Assembly (NCBI GenBank): GCA_963824495.1
Contig: CAWGPQ010000008.1
Coordinates: 64,001 to 128,000 of the forward strand
Reading direction: 5' to 3'
From: an uncultured bacterium
GTDB lineage: Bacteria > Babelota > Babeliae > Babelales > Babelaceae
Length of the DNA stretch: 64,000 bases
The notes below the pieces were generated by a model. The model searched no databases. It saw only the letters and a program-made list of their open reading frames with translations, and was not told the origin of the DNA. Positions 1 through 10,599 of the stretch are shown here, piece by piece; within the stretch, counting starts at the first letter, position 1, and each line of letters starts with the position of its first letter. Both the position numbers and the translations under genes were made by a program.

Positions 1-215
1 CATCTTAAGAACAAAAGTAACTAGTAAAAGTTTTTAACACCGTGTGACCCTGAGTATACCATAATTCAGAATGCTCGAGACAGCTTATACCCTGGTATTG
101 CCTAATTATTAAAATTTTCTTAATTTTAAACATTTATTGACAATTGTAAGTAAAAATCAATAATCTATTAAATATAATAGTTTATTAATAATATTAATAT
201 TAGAAATCATAGACT

Positions 216-2873
216 ATGATCATAATATTCCACCGTGCTTATAAGCTCATTGTGCTTATGACATGCGCAATCATACTTATGAGTGAGATATCAAGTTTTG
301 CTGTTATGGTACCTGTTGGCAAGGGAGCCTATACAACTGAGCTTCCTCAAGGCCGACAAGGACCATCTAATAGTGCTAATCAGCCGGTAAAACCAAAGGT
401 TTCTTCTCAGTTTAACAAACTGCCTATTACGCATAAGTGGTGGTCATCACTTATCTGGCAATTTGATCCACAAAACCCTTGGAGTGAAAATCTCTTTGCT
501 TATCCCCTTGGTTTTAAGGCATCTGCTCAAGGCGTAGGACTTGGTTATACTACCGTTCCAGCCATAACTCCTGATATACGTGTTACCGATGGGCATGTCG
601 TCCAAGAATACCACTATGAGTATGCACAAGATCTCACGGTTTCTGTTGTGGGATTACAGGCGCAAAAAACGGTTGTTGATGATTATTCAGATTGGGCCTT
701 CACTGCACTTTGGCAAGGACAAACAACAAGCTTGCGCATGACCACTGGCCAAGGGTTGCCTTTTGCTTATTTTACTGTACAAGGCACGCCGATTACTATT
801 ACCCCGAGCACTACCCCTATTGTATGGTATAACAAAAACGGTACGCTTGGTGTTACCGTTAATGGTCATACTTACGGAATTTTTGGGCCATCGGGCTCAC
901 AATGGTCGGGTACAACGGCATTAGAGTCAACACTCAATGGTAAAGATTATTTTTCTATTGCTGCTTTGCCTGATGCTACCGTTGAAACACTCGAGTTCTA
1001 TCGTACACATGCTTATGCTTTCGTTACCAATACGAGCATAAGCTGGAATTATGACGAGCAGACGGGGCAGCTTCAAACTACCTATAGCGTAGAGACAACA
1101 CCTCAGGAGTCAGGGTCAGGCTTAGTTAACCGTCCCTTACTTGGCCTCTTTAAGCATCAATGGCTTCATACGACTGTGCCATTTACTTCTTATAGATATA
1201 TTAGCCCTCGCGGTGTGATGCATGTTATCGATGCAACAGAGTTTACAACAACTATGAAGTTTGCTGGTATCCTCCCTGCATTGCCAGGCGTTATACATGA
1301 AGGCGAAAATGGTTATAGTGAAGAAACACTTTTTGAGTATATCGATCAAATCTATCAACAGTCACCTGAACAACGTTGGCCACATACTGATACCTATTGG
1401 ACAGGTAAAGACCTAGGGCATATAGCTATGCTTGTCCCAATAGCAGACCAACTTAAGTATACGCAAGCACGGGATCTGTTTCTTCGGGAAATTAAAGAAA
1501 AACTTGAGAGCTGGTTTAAGGGAGATCCTGAGCACCTGTTCTACTATGACACTACCTGGAAGACTCTTATAGGATATCCAGCAAGCTATGGAAGCGATAC
1601 ACAGCTTAATGACCATCATTTTCATTATGGCTACTTCATTATGGCAGCTGCTATAGTTGCCCTCTATGATCCAACATGGGCGGACGCATGGGGTGGCATG
1701 GTTAACTTACTGATCTCAGATGCTAACAATCCTGACAGAACAAATAAGCAGTTTCCCTTTTTGCGTCAATTTAACGTATATGCTGGTCATAATTGGGCAA
1801 ATGGTCCAAGCTTATTTGCGGCAGGAAATAATCAAGAATCATCATCAGAAGCACTCAACTTTGCTAGTGCCGTTATACTGTGGGGTACTGCTACCGGCAA
1901 CATGCTTATGCGTGATGCTGGTATTTATTTGTATACTACTGAACGAACTGCTGTTGAAAATTATTGGTTTGATATCGATACAGCTGTCTTTCCTGCTGGA
2001 TTTACCAAGCCAACGTTAGGAATACTATGGGGCAATGGTGGTGCCTACTCAACGTGGTTTGGCGGTACTGTTGAGCAACTTCATGGTATAAATTTTCTTC
2101 CTATTACGGGTGGCTCTCTCTATCTCGGTTATTATCCAGACTATTTACGTATTAACCAAAATTATATGAAAAATAATAGCGATGCTAATGACGTATGGAA
2201 AGATATTAATGCCAGCATCATGGCATATCATGACCCCAAAGCTGCTATAGAAACTATCACAAGCCCGTATACCCCTGAAGACGGTGAAACAAAAGCTCAT
2301 ACCTATCATTGGGTATATAATATAAGCAAACTAGGTAAACCTGAGACAGCCACCTATGCTCTAGGTTTAGCAACTGCTACAACGTTCTTGAACGGGACTA
2401 CCCGAACGTACGTAGCCTTTAACCCAACGCCAAAGCCATTAACTGTTGTATTCTCCGATGGAGTTATGTTGCGCAATATCCAGCCACACACAACTCAAAC
2501 TGAAACTCGAGCGATTACGGGCGCAATTGCTCTGCCTCAGGTTCCACTTAACCCACAAGATACCAGCCGTGTTTTTGGCAAGCAGTTGGAAGCAGAAGCA
2601 CAAGCGGCACAATTTAAACACTCAGTACAACAAGTGAGTCCAAGCACATTGAGAATTACTTTTACACCTGCTATTCCAAGCAAATTTGTTGATATTCACT
2701 ACACTATTAATAAAGGCGGCCAACTTAACTATCGCATGAACCAAAAGGCACATGACTGGACTATCACCGTGCCTAATATACAACCTAGCAATATAATTAA
2801 TTATTCATTTACGTATGAAAAAAATGGCCCAGCATTTAATAGTCCACTATTTACGTTCACAGCAGCTGCTTAA
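216..2873 (+). CDS. GH81 endo-beta-1,3-glucanase with C-terminal CBM56-like module, probable signal peptide
   Basis: GH81 motifs NDHHFHYGY and NQESSSEA; C-terminal FVDIHYTIN..QLNYRM..YSFTYEKNGPAFNSP resembles CBM56; hydrophobic N-terminus. Confidence 0.9.
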   Translation: MIIIFHRAYKLIVLMTCAIILMSEISSFAVMVPVGKGAYTTELPQGRQGPSNSANQPVKPKVSSQFNKLPITHKWWSSLIWQFDPQNPWSENLFAYPLGFKASAQGVGLGYTTVPAITPDIRVTDGHVVQEYHYEYAQDLTVSVVGLQAQKTVVDDYSDWAFTALWQGQTTSLRMTTGQGLPFAYFTVQGTPITITPSTTPIVWYNKNGTLGVTVNGHTYGIFGPSGSQWSGTTALESTLNGKDYFSIAALPDATVETLEFYRTHAYAFVTNTSISWNYDEQTGQLQTTYSVETTPQESGSGLVNRPLLGLFKHQWLHTTVPFTSYRYISPRGVMHVIDATEFTTTMKFAGILPALPGVIHEGENGYSEETLFEYIDQIYQQSPEQRWPHTDTYWTGKDLGHIAMLVPIADQLKYTQARDLFLREIKEKLESWFKGDPEHLFYYDTTWKTLIGYPASYGSDTQLNDHHFHYGYFIMAAAIVALYDPTWADAWGGMVNLLISDANNPDRTNKQFPFLRQFNVYAGHNWANGPSLFAAGNNQESSSEALNFASAVILWGTATGNMLMRDAGIYLYTTERTAVENYWFDIDTAVFPAGFTKPTLGILWGNGGAYSTWFGGTVEQLHGINFLPITGGSLYLGYYPDYLRINQNYMKNNSDANDVWKDINASIMAYHDPKAAIETITSPYTPEDGETKAHTYHWVYNISKLGKPETATYALGLATATTFLNGTTRTYVAFNPTPKPLTVVFSDGVMLRNIQPHTTQTETRAITGAIALPQVPLNPQDTSRVFGKQLEAEAQAAQFKHSVQQVSPSTLRITFTPAIPSKFVDIHYTINKGGQLNYRMNQKAHDWTITVPNIQPSNIINYSFTYEKNGPAFNSPLFTFTAAA

Positions 2874-3876
2874 ACCACCTAATGGCGTGGCGAAAGCTTC
2901 AGCGCTACTAGTGCCTGCCACTCTTGCACTTGAAAGCTTGCTAGAAAACTTATACATGGGATATAAAAGGGGAGATATAAAAAGCGAACTCGTGCTTGGC
3001 TCATTGGCGCTGGCTGTTTTAGAAAAGATTATCCTTGACTACGGTCTGCCAGCCTTCAAGAGACCACAGGAGAAAGAAGCAGACCTCTTTGCTTGTGATC
3101 AATTGATCAAGATTCGCCGAGAAGATCTGGTTGTTCGCCAGATAGCATCGGACCTTCTGAGCAACAACCGGTCACATGTTGAATTACAAGGGCCGTGGGC
3201 GGAAGCTTTGGCAGCAAAGACACACCCAACCCCTCCTGAAGAGGCTCGCTATCTTATACAGTGTCTTAAAGAAAAAGGCTTTAAAGGAGCACTTACTCCC
3301 AAGTATAAGCACGTACTTACAAGATCGTTAGCCCTTGCTAAGCACAATACTATTGATGAAATCAGTAACGATATTCTTGCCAAACAACCGAGCATTGCAA
3401 AAGTATACAGTATAAGCGAGTCACTGATTATTGCAGCACATGATGGTGACGAAGAAGCCGTTAAAGAGGCTCTTACTCAAGATGCTGATGTTAACCATGC
3501 CGATAAGAGTGGCTATACCGCACTTTTATGGGCAACCATAATGAATCATATACCTATAGTCAAGCTGCTTCTGGAATATAAAGCTCATGTTAACCAGCCT
3601 GATAAGTTTGGCATTACCCCCCTCATGAAGGCAGCTCGTTATGGGCACACCTCAATAGCTCAACTTCTCATAGAGCATAAAGCTGACGTTAACCAGACTG
3701 ATTTTGAGAATGGACACAAAGATATAGTCAGGCTGCTTCTAGGGTATGGTGCTGACGTTAATGAAGCTAATAATGAGGGTGAAACTGCTCTTACATTAGC
3801 AACTAAATCTGGTCATTCTGATATAGTCGAGTTGCTTCAAGCAGCATTGACACTCACCAGCTTAAAAAGCAGGTGA
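2815..3876 (+). CDS. Ankyrin-repeat protein with partial M48-peptidase-like N-terminal region, probably 5'-truncated
   Basis: About 4 ANK repeats (GYTALLWA, GITPLMKAA, GETALTLA); QEKEADLFA...THPTPPEEARYL resembles the M48 C-terminal half but no HExxH; ORF start overlaps GH81. Confidence 0.65.
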   Translation: MKKMAQHLIVHYLRSQQLLKPPNGVAKASALLVPATLALESLLENLYMGYKRGDIKSELVLGSLALAVLEKIILDYGLPAFKRPQEKEADLFACDQLIKIRREDLVVRQIASDLLSNNRSHVELQGPWAEALAAKTHPTPPEEARYLIQCLKEKGFKGALTPKYKHVLTRSLALAKHNTIDEISNDILAKQPSIAKVYSISESLIIAAHDGDEEAVKEALTQDADVNHADKSGYTALLWATIMNHIPIVKLLLEYKAHVNQPDKFGITPLMKAARYGHTSIAQLLIEHKADVNQTDFENGHKDIVRLLLGYGADVNEANNEGETALTLATKSGHSDIVELLQAALTLTSLKSR

Positions 3877-4087
3877 TTCTTGTTTCAGCAATATAGCCTA
3901 CGAGAAAGATGCTTGGTTTTTGCATACTGTTACTCTCTTGCATAGTACCTCGCAGGCCTCACATTGTCTTGTCTCCATAAGCTTTACTTTGGGAATGCCC
4001 TATTTTTAAATTTAAACAAGCAAAATAAAAGAGTAGATATGCAAAAGCAGGTCACGAATACTATCATACTATCGTAACCGATAACGA

Positions 4088-4499
4088 TTAGGCACCATGG
4101 GAAAACTGATTTAAAACAAGAAGCGCATCATTGAGCTTTTCTTCTTTCACCAAAATATAATTAGTATCATACGTAGATATAACAAATACCGGAATCGCCG
4201 ATTCGGCCAATGGACCAAGAATTGTAGATAATATACCCGTTAAAGAAAAAGCAAGCGGGCCATTTACTTTTATAGCACGCCAGCTTTTTTCCACAGGTAT
4301 AGTGTCAGGTATGGTATGAGGTATAGCATCCTGAGCACAAACAATAGAAAGCTCGTCGTGCGTTTTGGTTATAGAGAAAAAGAGAAGGGCACAAAGCCCA
4401 TGATGGCACTTCAGCAGCACTAGCAAGTCGACAGATGCCAAAAGTATCGGGTAATAACGAAAAAGTTAATTTACCACGAGATAGCCTAGGATTCATCAA
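4088..4499 (-). pseudogene. ACT-domain protein split by a frameshift
   Basis: N-part LTFSLLPDTFGICRL..VPSWAL (ORF 4305-4499) joins FSITKTHDELSIVC..GPLAFSLTGIL..ISTYDTNYILVK (ORF 4088-4441) across the A5 run at 4377-4381. Confidence 0.8.
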
Positions 4500-4553
4500 A
4501 ATTTCTCACAACAAGTTTAAAGCGGTTATTAAAGAGAGTACTACAAATTAAGG

Positions 4554-5189
4554 CTAAACGCTAGAAAGTACCCGTTTAATTTCTGCTAATTCATGTGCTG
4601 TAATCGGACCTGGACCAAGCGCAGGTTGCCCAAGTGGTTCAGCTCTGATGGAAGAAATTAGCGTACCGCTCAGAAGTACCGATAAAACTATAACTTCAGC
4701 GAGAGTGAGCTTGGCTGCCCAAAACCGCCCTTCTTCCGATACAAGAATTGCCCGAAGCTTCGCCCTGAGCTGCTCATCTGACTCACTTCTGTATTCGGTT
4801 TGTTCAGGTAATATAAGCTCAAGCAATCCGTTCAGTGCTCTATTAACCAAAATCTGTGACTCAATCCATGTCTCTGGTTTTAACTGAATAGCTTCACTCG
4901 TGGGAACTATAATACCATGAAATACAAGTGGAGAAACAGTATAATTAAGTACATAGGCAAGATATTCTGCTGCATACTGTACATAATCACCTAGCTTCTC
5001 TGGAATACCCTTTAGGCTAGTACGCACAGTATCAAGCCATTTTTGATCAAGCGATGATAAAGATGTAACGGTAGGTAGACTCGCAAGCTCTCTTAATGCA
5101 TTATAAGAATAAAGTGCTTGCTTTTGATAGTATGTATGCGAAGGAACTTTTTGCAACAGCTTAAGGGCATTATCAAGGTCCTGAAGCAA
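4554..5189 (-). CDS. Hypothetical helical protein, start uncertain
   Basis: 211-aa ORF with TTG start; no recognised motif. Confidence 0.5.
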   Translation of the reverse strand: MLQDLDNALKLLQKVPSHTYYQKQALYSYNALRELASLPTVTSLSSLDQKWLDTVRTSLKGIPEKLGDYVQYAAEYLAYVLNYTVSPLVFHGIIVPTSEAIQLKPETWIESQILVNRALNGLLELILPEQTEYRSESDEQLRAKLRAILVSEEGRFWAAKLTLAEVIVLSVLLSGTLISSIRAEPLGQPALGPGPITAHELAEIKRVLSSV

Positions 5190-5351
5190 GCTTGCTTGAC
5201 CCTCTGCAAGAGTAGCCAGAGCATTTTGGTTAGGTTCATAGTCTTTAGGGTCATCCTATGCTATACATTAGTCAATATGCTTTATAGAAATTAGTGTAAA
5301 TTTTTTATTATATATTTGTCAATATTCAATATCGGAAATTTTTCTGCTCTA

Positions 5352-6248
5352 TTAAACGATATTCTGAGCTTGCTCGCGTACCTTCTCGAGCTCAACTTTA
5401 ATAGCGATAGCTAAACTGCTGATTTCTGCATCACGTGATTTAGCCATCATAGTATTAACCTCTCTAAATAGCTCCTGTAGGAAAAAATCGAGTTTCTTCC
5501 CCTTCTCTTCCCGAGAAGAGACTATTACCTGCTCAAGCTTATGTAAGTGGTCTTTAAAACGTATAATTTCTTCGTGAATAACCATCTTATCAAGCTGATT
5601 ATAAATTACCTGAAGTTGTTGTTCTTTTGCTTCAGTTTGTGTATCGTGGAGAAATGATGAAAGAGTGCCCATAAGCTGCTCTTTCTGTTCAGCTAAAAGA
5701 TCCGTTGCCCGGGGCTCAATGCGTTCAATGCACATCCGCATAACAGCTATACGCTCTTCAAGGTCACGCTGAAGTGCTTCACCTTCTTTAAGGCGAGCAG
5801 CACTAAGTTCATCAATCAATCTATCAACATGATAGAGAATAAGAGATGCCAGGTGCTCATCGGCAAGCTCTTCAGCTGTCTCGAAAACATGAGGCAGATT
5901 AAATAATGTAGCAAGAGAAAGTTTACCTGGCAGATTAAATTTTTGCCGGATAAGCTCGGAAGCTTTGATATAACTTTCGATAACGGGCAATGACGGCCGA
6001 ACCTGCGCTTTTAGTACTTGAGGGTTACCGATATGAAGCGTACAGTGAATAGAACCCCGATAAAGCTTTGCTTTACATCTCTTAATAATCTCTATTTCAA
6101 GCGAACTCAAGGCATACGGCAGTTTACAGACAGCTTCAAAAAAGCGAGAGTTGAGCGATCTTAAGCTCAGAGTGATATGGAGCTGCTCAGCTGTTTGGGT
6201 TGGAAGCGCTACCGTTATTGTACTAAAGCCAGTCATGCTCGAAAGCAT
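5352..6248 (-). CDS. yicC: YicC/YloC family endoribonuclease
   Basis: SSMTGF N-terminus, SLNSRF, GKKLDFFLQELFREVNT, EKVREQAQNIV. Confidence 0.93.
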   Translation of the reverse strand: MLSSMTGFSTITVALPTQTAEQLHITLSLRSLNSRFFEAVCKLPYALSSLEIEIIKRCKAKLYRGSIHCTLHIGNPQVLKAQVRPSLPVIESYIKASELIRQKFNLPGKLSLATLFNLPHVFETAEELADEHLASLILYHVDRLIDELSAARLKEGEALQRDLEERIAVMRMCIERIEPRATDLLAEQKEQLMGTLSSFLHDTQTEAKEQQLQVIYNQLDKMVIHEEIIRFKDHLHKLEQVIVSSREEKGKKLDFFLQELFREVNTMMAKSRDAEISSLAIAIKVELEKVREQAQNIV

Positions 6249-6257
6249 ACAACATTC

Positions 6258-6974
6258 TCAGTCAAGGTTAGTGTAAACATTTTGTACATCCTCAAGTTCT
6301 TCGATAGATTGTAAAAAATCGAGTGCTTTTTCTTCAGGCTCACCTGAAAGGGTAAGTGTCGTCTTTGGCACCCACTCAAGCTCAGCTTCTTTTACTTTAA
6401 AACCAAGATCAGTGACAGCTTGCTTTACGTCATCAAAAGAACGAGGATTGCAGGTAATGGCAAACGTTTCGTCTTCTGCTGTAATGTCGTTAATTTCATA
6501 ATCAAGAAGATACTCAAGAAGTTTATCTTCTGTTACATTATCTTTTGCAATAGAGATAACACCAGCTCTTTCAAACATCCAGCTAACAGCTCCTGCTTCT
6601 GCGACATGCCCACCTTTACGCGAAAACGTGTGACGTAATTCAGCAATAGCTTTATTTTTATTATCCGTTAGCACGTCGATAATAACAGCAATACCAGCTG
6701 GTCCATAGCCTTCGTACTGATACGGCTCGTACTGTACACCTGGAAGCTCACCCGTTCCCTTTTTAATAGCACGAATTGCATTATCTTGAGGCATATTAAT
6801 TTCTTTTGCCTTTTCAAGCAAAAATCGTAGACGGGGATTGCCAGCAGGGTCACCTCCGCCGATACGTGCTGCTATAGAGATTTCTTTAATAATCTTAGTG
6901 AATTGCTGTGCTCGCTTAGCATCAGTTATTGCTTTTTTATATTTAATCTGCTTCCATTTAGAATGTCCGGCCAT
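6258..6974 (-). CDS. yebC: YebC/PmpR family protein
   Basis: MAGHSKW, YEGYGPAG, TDNKNK, DVQNVYTN. Confidence 0.96.
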   Translation of the reverse strand: MAGHSKWKQIKYKKAITDAKRAQQFTKIIKEISIAARIGGGDPAGNPRLRFLLEKAKEINMPQDNAIRAIKKGTGELPGVQYEPYQYEGYGPAGIAVIIDVLTDNKNKAIAELRHTFSRKGGHVAEAGAVSWMFERAGVISIAKDNVTEDKLLEYLLDYEINDITAEDETFAITCNPRSFDDVKQAVTDLGFKVKEAELEWVPKTTLTLSGEPEEKALDFLQSIEELEDVQNVYTNLD

Positions 6975-6977
6975 TCG

Positions 6978-8009
6978 TTATCCTTCAACTACCTGTTGTT
7001 GGCATGCATACTTATTTTTTAAATAGGGTAGCGCTTTGTGAGCAATCTGTCGACCCCTAGCTGTTTTTTCAAGATATCCTTTGCGCAACAGAAAAGGCTC
7101 ATAGACTTCTTCAAGCGTGGAGCTGTCTTCACCAATCAGTGAAGCAAGTGTTTCAAGCCCTACAGGCCCACCCTTAAAATTTTCGACTATAGTTTTTAAA
7201 ATGAGATTATCAACACTACCCAAGCCATCGGCATCAATACCTAAAAAAGCGATAGCACGCCTGACAAGCTCCGTGTCCGCTTTATTGTTATTGTGAACTT
7301 GTGCAAAATCACGCACACGTCGTAAGATTTTTTTGGCAATGCGTGGAGTACCTCGTGAACAAGATGCTATATAAAGTGCTGATTCATGAGGTAACTCTAT
7401 ACCTAAAAAGCGAGCATTTTGTTGAACTATTGCTTGCAAGTCCTCGTCAGTATAAAAATCGAGCCGTTCCGTGATACCAAATCTACTGCGCAACGGAGCT
7501 GATAGCAAACCTGATCTGGTTGTTGCTCCGATAAGCGTAAACGCTGCTATCGGCATATTAATCGATTGAGCTCCAACGCCTTGGCCAATAACAATATCAA
7601 CACGAAAATGCTCCATAGCGCTATACAAAATTTCTTCAACAACAATAGGCAGCCGGTGAATTTCATCAATAAACAACATGTCATGTGGAGTAAGACTCGA
7701 GAGAATAGCTACAAGATCACCTGTTCTTTCAAGCGTTGGGCCACTACAAATCTTAATACCAACCTGCATAACATGTGCCATAATTTGAGCAAGCGTTGTT
7801 TTACCCAACCCCGGTGGCCCTGATAATAAAAGATGATCAAGCGGTTCTCGTCGCACACGCGCAGCATCGGTATACAGCTTAAGTTTTTCTTTTAATTCCT
7901 TTTGACCTAAGTAATCATCGAAGCTTTTAGGGTGAAAGTCACCTATATAATCTTCGTTAGTCTCTGGTAACGTTAATAATTGAATGGGCTCTTTTCTGTC
8001 ATGGCTCAT
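6978..8009 (-). CDS. ruvB: Holliday junction branch migration helicase RuvB
   Basis: GPPGLGKTT, FIDEIHRL, GATTRSGLL, SRGTPRIA, EEVYEPFL. Confidence 0.97.
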   Translation of the reverse strand: MSHDRKEPIQLLTLPETNEDYIGDFHPKSFDDYLGQKELKEKLKLYTDAARVRREPLDHLLLSGPPGLGKTTLAQIMAHVMQVGIKICSGPTLERTGDLVAILSSLTPHDMLFIDEIHRLPIVVEEILYSAMEHFRVDIVIGQGVGAQSINMPIAAFTLIGATTRSGLLSAPLRSRFGITERLDFYTDEDLQAIVQQNARFLGIELPHESALYIASCSRGTPRIAKKILRRVRDFAQVHNNNKADTELVRRAIAFLGIDADGLGSVDNLILKTIVENFKGGPVGLETLASLIGEDSSTLEEVYEPFLLRKGYLEKTARGRQIAHKALPYLKNKYACQQQVVEG

Positions 8010-8214
8010 AAGTACCCTTTTAAGACAACGGCTTGAGCACAGTGCTATAGACTCATTATAGTAGTATACACCAACTGCTTTTATTAAGCTAAGCGGAGAT
8101 TTCTAACACCTATTCAAAAATATTTTAATTAATATTGCAATTTGACAATGCGCTTTGTTATGATGTATGTAGAGATTGTACTTTAATTATGAAAAATTAT
8201 GTTCGGAGAAAGAG

Positions 8215-10184
8215 ATGGCAAAACAAACATGATTTTCTCTTCTGGCTTTCATAAGCCTCATCGGCATTAGTTTGGGCCAGCAAACGGGCCTAGCACCTAT
8301 AACTGAAGTATCGGTACCAATAACATCGCATGAGAATGGTGTACAGTCTACAACACTTTTAGATGATCCTCCTAAAACTCAGTTAAATACAGAAAAATTT
8401 GAAGAAGAGCCTTTTGAGGCTGTCCGTCGCGATAATCAAGCAACGGTTAGTTAACTGCTCAATCAAGGAGCTGACCCTAATGCACGCGATAATCTAGGGC
8501 GCACACCTTTAGATGTAGCTATGCTTTACTATAAAGATATTGATCCTATGGTTAAGTTACTTTTGGATAAAGGTGCAAACGTTACCGTTCAGGACAATGA
8601 AGGCGATACACCGCTGCACTATGCTCTTATGAATCGGAGAACGCAAAGCACGTTACGCTTGTTAGAAGCAGGAGCACCCATTAATATAGCAAATAAGTCC
8701 GAGATTACTCCGTTAGACATAGGATTAGAGTATGGGGGGCAAATCGCTGATTTATTGAGATCGTACGCAAAAAAGCAGGGAATAACCATACCAGAAAAAA
8801 CCGTTATTGATCAAATAGCATCAAGAGCAAAAAAACACAGACTGTTGCTTATTTAAGCATCCCATCGCTCAAGGAGCGAGTGCAAAAAAAATTTGGGCAC
8901 TATATCGTGCAGTATAAGAACCTTATTCTCAAGGTAATTGATCAAGAGCAAGCATTAAGTGATTACGATGTAGTCTATCATGGCCAAAAGATCCAGGTCA
9001 AATTCGTCTATGATGTCCTTAAAGAAATATTCAGCTGGCTGGACAACCAAGCAAGAGCGAAAGACTTTGAGTACCTAAGAATACCGGGAGCAATTTTTGA
9101 GTTTAAGCAAGCCCTGACAGATCTGCTCATACATGATTTTGGAGATATAACGGAAATTTCACCGGAGGATAAGGAATTTTTAGATCTTGACCCGCTCATA
9201 AGCAAAATACTACTCACTACCAACATATCGCTCTTTGGCAATAGTGGTGATTTTATTAAAGAAAGTACTTTTTATTTTTATTTTCTTCAAAATCATAGCA
9301 TACACTGGCTCAAAGTTGTAGAAATCCTAGAAATTCTCAAGCACATTGGAATTAATCAAGACTTCCTCAATCGGCTAGATGACTTTTACAGAACGGAATT
9401 TAAAGAATTAGTAGCCAAGCAACCAGATGACAGTGGTAACCTTGTACAAATTTTTATACCCAAGAATATACTAAATGAGTATCTCTATCTCTGTGGAGTT
9501 CACGGTGTGCCTCTAAAGACCGCCACTATTAATGGCCACCCAACCAATGTACGTGAATTAGGCGCAGAAAAATTTATAGAAATTTACAGAAATAACCCAA
9601 CTGCTCTTGATCCTGAAGAGATGGATCAAGTTCAAGCACGATTATTCTTGACGAACACTTTTTTTCTTAATCCGGCCAGTGGTGTAAAGATCTATACGTA
9701 TAATACACTTGACCCTCGGGCTGTTGCTGAATACACAACAAAGCTACGCCAGCTTATTAATCAGATAATGACCGATTGGGCAACAAAACCAACAATACTC
9801 AGTAGAGCTCTTATTGTAACAAGCCAAAAAGATTTTGAACATAAAGTAAATATTTTAATTAAGATTGCACAAAATCTTCTTAAGCCATCATTACCGTCAG
9901 AACCATCAGATCAAGAAACAGTTAAAAAAGCACAGGAAACGTATGCAAAATTATCTGCTCTTATAGAAGTATATGGAAAGAATTATAACCAGAATACAGA
10001 ACTTCTGAAGCAAGCAGAGACTACTCTTGCAAGTTTGTCATCTAAGTTCTTGTTGCGAAGTCAGGTTTTCCCTCCATTAGAGGGTAAGAAGCTACCAGCG
10101 ACCTCATCGTTTCAAACATACCTCAATCAACTCAAGCAGCTTGCCCATCAAATGCGTGATTATATAGGTCTCAATCAACATTAA
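8215..10184 (+). pseudogene. Disrupted paralog of the ankyrin/unknown-domain gene at 10600-12909
   Basis: ATG 8215, in-frame TGA 8230-8232 and TAA 8452-8454, frameshift in A7 run 8829-8835; fragments align with the 769-aa neighbour. Confidence 0.88.
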
Positions 10185-10260
10185 CTTTCCAAGCCCACGA
10201 TCACCACTTAGCAAGTAAGCTTGCTACACATACGCCAAAAGCTCAGGTCAGCACGAGATA

Positions 10261-10445
10261 TAAAGCTCTCTGTAACCAGCTCCCCGCAGCCACGGCTATA
10301 CAAAGAAAGGCAAAAGAGATAGCACGGGAGAAATTTAAAAGTAAATTTAATGATGACCCTGAAGAAGCGTAACCATATATATACCATGAGACAAGCTCAG
10401 AGTATATCAAATCTTCGTGAAGCTATGCTGTTAAACCATCCTAAG
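10261..10445. repeat. Direct repeat copy 1 (copy 2 at 12798-12990), including the last ~49 nt of rodA
   Basis: Near-identical from taaagctctc to ccatcctaag; alternating AT tract 9 nt here vs 17 nt in copy 2. Confidence 0.92.
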
Positions 10446-10500
10446 TCCTGTTGCCATCCCCACAACTTATTGTACAGTTACCACTAATTTTAAAAAATTA

Positions 10501-10530
10501 TTGACCAATTTAATTAAAATTAAATATACT
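10501..10530 (+). promoter_or_regulatory. Putative sigma70 promoter
   Basis: TTGACC-18 nt-TATACT upstream of SD AAGGA and ATG 10600. Confidence 0.45.
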
Positions 10531-10599
10531 TAATTTATATAATTTTATAATTAGCGTATATTTTTTTACTAATAAAAATAATACTACTAAAGGAAAGCC

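Noticed and set aside
8230..8232. TGA recoding (alternative genetic code)
   Set aside because: uvrA, yebC, rodA and lepA end at TGA at their expected C-termini, and the same pseudogene also has a TAA and a frameshift.
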